From Erysipelotrichaceae bacterium (GTDB lineage: Bacteria; Bacillota_I; Bacilli_A; Erysipelotrichales; Erysipelotrichaceae): DNA of 64,000 nt. How positions within the stretch are numbered: position 1 is the stretch's first letter; each line of letters starts with the position of its first letter. The stretch lies in NCBI GenBank assembly GCA_013334325.1, contig JAAXXT010000007.1:7983-71982 (forward strand), written 5' to 3'. The notes under the pieces are model-generated. The model made no database searches. It worked only from the letters and a program-made list of their open reading frames with translations, and was not told the DNA's origin. The position numbers and the translations under genes are program-made. Positions 62,852 to 64,000 of this stretch are shown piece after piece.

Positions 62852-64000
62852 TGTTTCGCTCCTTTGAACATTAAGCCAATCAAGGCTAAAACAGAGATAA
62901 ATTCTAGTCGTCCTAAATACATAGCCATCATGTAGTACCACTTCATCAAGGTTGGCATTTGTGCAGATATGATACCAATAGATAAACCAACATTACCTGA
63001 AACAGAAGCTACCTCAAAAGCAGACTCCGCTAGCGGATATCCATAGGCAGTAGTAATAATAACGCCTCCTGCAAACATAACAAGATATAAGATCGCTACA
63101 GCAGCTGAAGATCTAAATACCGCATCATCTAAAATGAGATCTTTGATGTGATGATATTTAACCACTTTGACTGAATTTTCACCACTGACCAATTTCTTGA
63201 TATCAGAGACTATACCTTTGAAAATGATCCCTACTCTTAATCCTTTTATACCACCTGCAGTAGAGCAAGCAGAGCCCCCAATAAGCATCGCAATGACCAT
63301 AACAGTAATGCCTAAGCCTCCCCATTCAAGCGCGAATTGTCTCGCATATATAGAGCCAAAACCAGTTGTGGTATGTGCAGATAAGACGTTATAGACAACT
63401 CTTCTAAATAAGGCAATCCCATCAGAATAAACACCAGCGTTTTTCAATGCAAATACAGCCAAAGCTGTGCCTAATAGTGATGTGATCGTAAAACTAATAA
63501 CTTCTATGTTTTTGAAGAATTCTTTTCGTTTGCCTTGAATCAACGCAAAATGAAGTCCAAAGTTAAACGATCCAATTATGAAGAAAACCATACCGATGAG
63601 TTCAAATCCAAAATCATGGTAGTACATTACATTTTGTAAATTAGGAGCAAAGCCTCCAGTACTCCAAGCAGCTTCAAATATATATAAGGCATGAAAGAAA
63701 GCTGAGAGTGGTTGAAGACCTAAACCCATGGCTGAAATCCATAAAACCAGAGTTCCTATAGCCAAATAGACCATACTGATCTTCCATATCCATTGGCTTG
63801 TCCCTTTAACGTTGGGCATCAAAGCGATATCTTTACCTTCTCCTACATAAAACTTATAAGCTGAGCCCATCTCTTTAACGAAGAAGCTCAAAGCTAAGAC
63901 CACCATTCCTTGACCACCAACAAAGGTCAACAAATGTCTCCAAAAGTTGAGTGCTTGTGATATATGATCAAGGTCTTGGAGAAGAAAAACACCAGTGGTC
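62833..64000 (-). CDS. TrkH/KtrB-family potassium transporter, N-terminus beyond the window end
   Basis: Selectivity-filter-like repeats SAHTTTGFG, WSTGGF and SGNVGLSIG. I checked that the frame stays open from 63933 to 64000. The codon at 63933 is a TTG (internal Leu), not a real start. Confidence 0.85.
   Translation of the reverse strand, partial: TTGVFLLQDLDHISQALNFWRHLLTFVGGQGMVVLALSFFVKEMGSAYKFYVGEGKDIALMPNVKGTSQWIWKISMVYLAIGTLVLWISAMGLGLQPLSAFFHALYIFEAAWSTGGFAPNLQNVMYYHDFGFELIGMVFFIIGSFNFGLHFALIQGKRKEFFKNIEVISFTITSLLGTALAVFALKNAGVYSDGIALFRRVVYNVLSAHTTTGFGSIYARQFALEWGGLGITVMVIAMLIGGSACSTAGGIKGLRVGIIFKGIVSDIKKLVSGENSVKVVKYHHIKDLILDDAVFRSSAAVAILYLVMFAGGVIITTAYGYPLAESAFEVASVSGNVGLSIGIISAQMPTLMKWYYMMAMYLGRLEFISVLALIGLMFKGAKQWLRRY

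Noticed and set aside
1-64000. CRISPR arrays, tRNA/rRNA genes, IS elements, integrases, prophage or toxin-antitoxin/defence modules
   Set aside because: No non-coding gap is longer than about 190 nt. I found no regularly spaced repeats, no transposase/recombinase-like ORFs, and no terminal inverted repeats. Every intergenic region is accounted for by promoters and terminators.

Overview
Densely coding, low-GC chromosome segment (roughly 38-42% GC in two 60-nt lines I counted). It uses the standard bacterial code, since TGA serves as a stop (e.g. fabF, fabK), and has strong AGGAGG-type Shine-Dalgarno (SD) sites and many lipobox lipoproteins. This fits a Bacillota or code-11 Mollicutes-like organism (Acholeplasma/Erysipelotrichia-like is only a guess). 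I support 65 CDS, most on the minus strand, and many are joined by ATGA/TAATG overlaps. Blocks in order: (1) a beta-glycoside utilisation locus with a secreted CBM-like protein, a sugar-binding lipoprotein, a GH94 phosphorylase, a GH35 enzyme and a divergent GH3 enzyme. (2) A NifX-like protein and a short Sfp-type PPTase. (3) A 13-gene type II fatty-acid synthesis/acetyl-CoA carboxylase operon: acpP-accBCDA-fabH-fabK-fabK-like-fabD-fabG-fabF-fabZ-plsC. (4) birA. (5) An oxidative TCA-branch operon (aconitase, IDH, citrate synthase) plus a C26 amidotransferase-like gene. (6) An uncharacterised three-gene module: membrane acyltransferase-like protein, adenylate-forming enzyme, SGNH hydrolase. (7) A polar amino-acid ABC transporter next to a YerC/TrpR-like regulator. 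(8) A bkd-like operon (ptb-buk-leucine dehydrogenase-orphan P-loop ATPase-four-subunit 2-oxoacid:ferredoxin oxidoreductase). (9) znuACB-zur with a perfect Zur box. (10) MFS and papain-like genes. (11) A two-subunit 2-oxoacid:ferredoxin oxidoreductase (korAB-like). (12) A SOUL-family protein. (13) A TetR-GPH symporter-GH36 operon divergent from a MacB/FtsX-type ABC exporter. (14) DsbA-like and lipoprotein/acyltransferase genes. (15) A gamma-carbonic anhydrase and a partial TrkH/KtrB gene. I found no rRNA, tRNA, CRISPR array, transposase, integrase or phage genes, and no non-coding gap exceeds about 190 nt, so this looks like core chromosome rather than an island. No recognisable defence or mobile system is present. 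The best candidates for undescribed biology are the three-gene acylation-like module (27178-30327), the P-loop ATPase embedded in the ferredoxin-dependent branched-chain operon (35927-36580), a shared operator-like palindrome linking the YerC-like regulator to the amino-acid transporter, and a strong window-wide excess of the tetranucleotide GATC. All family assignments rest on motifs recognised by eye. No searches were run.
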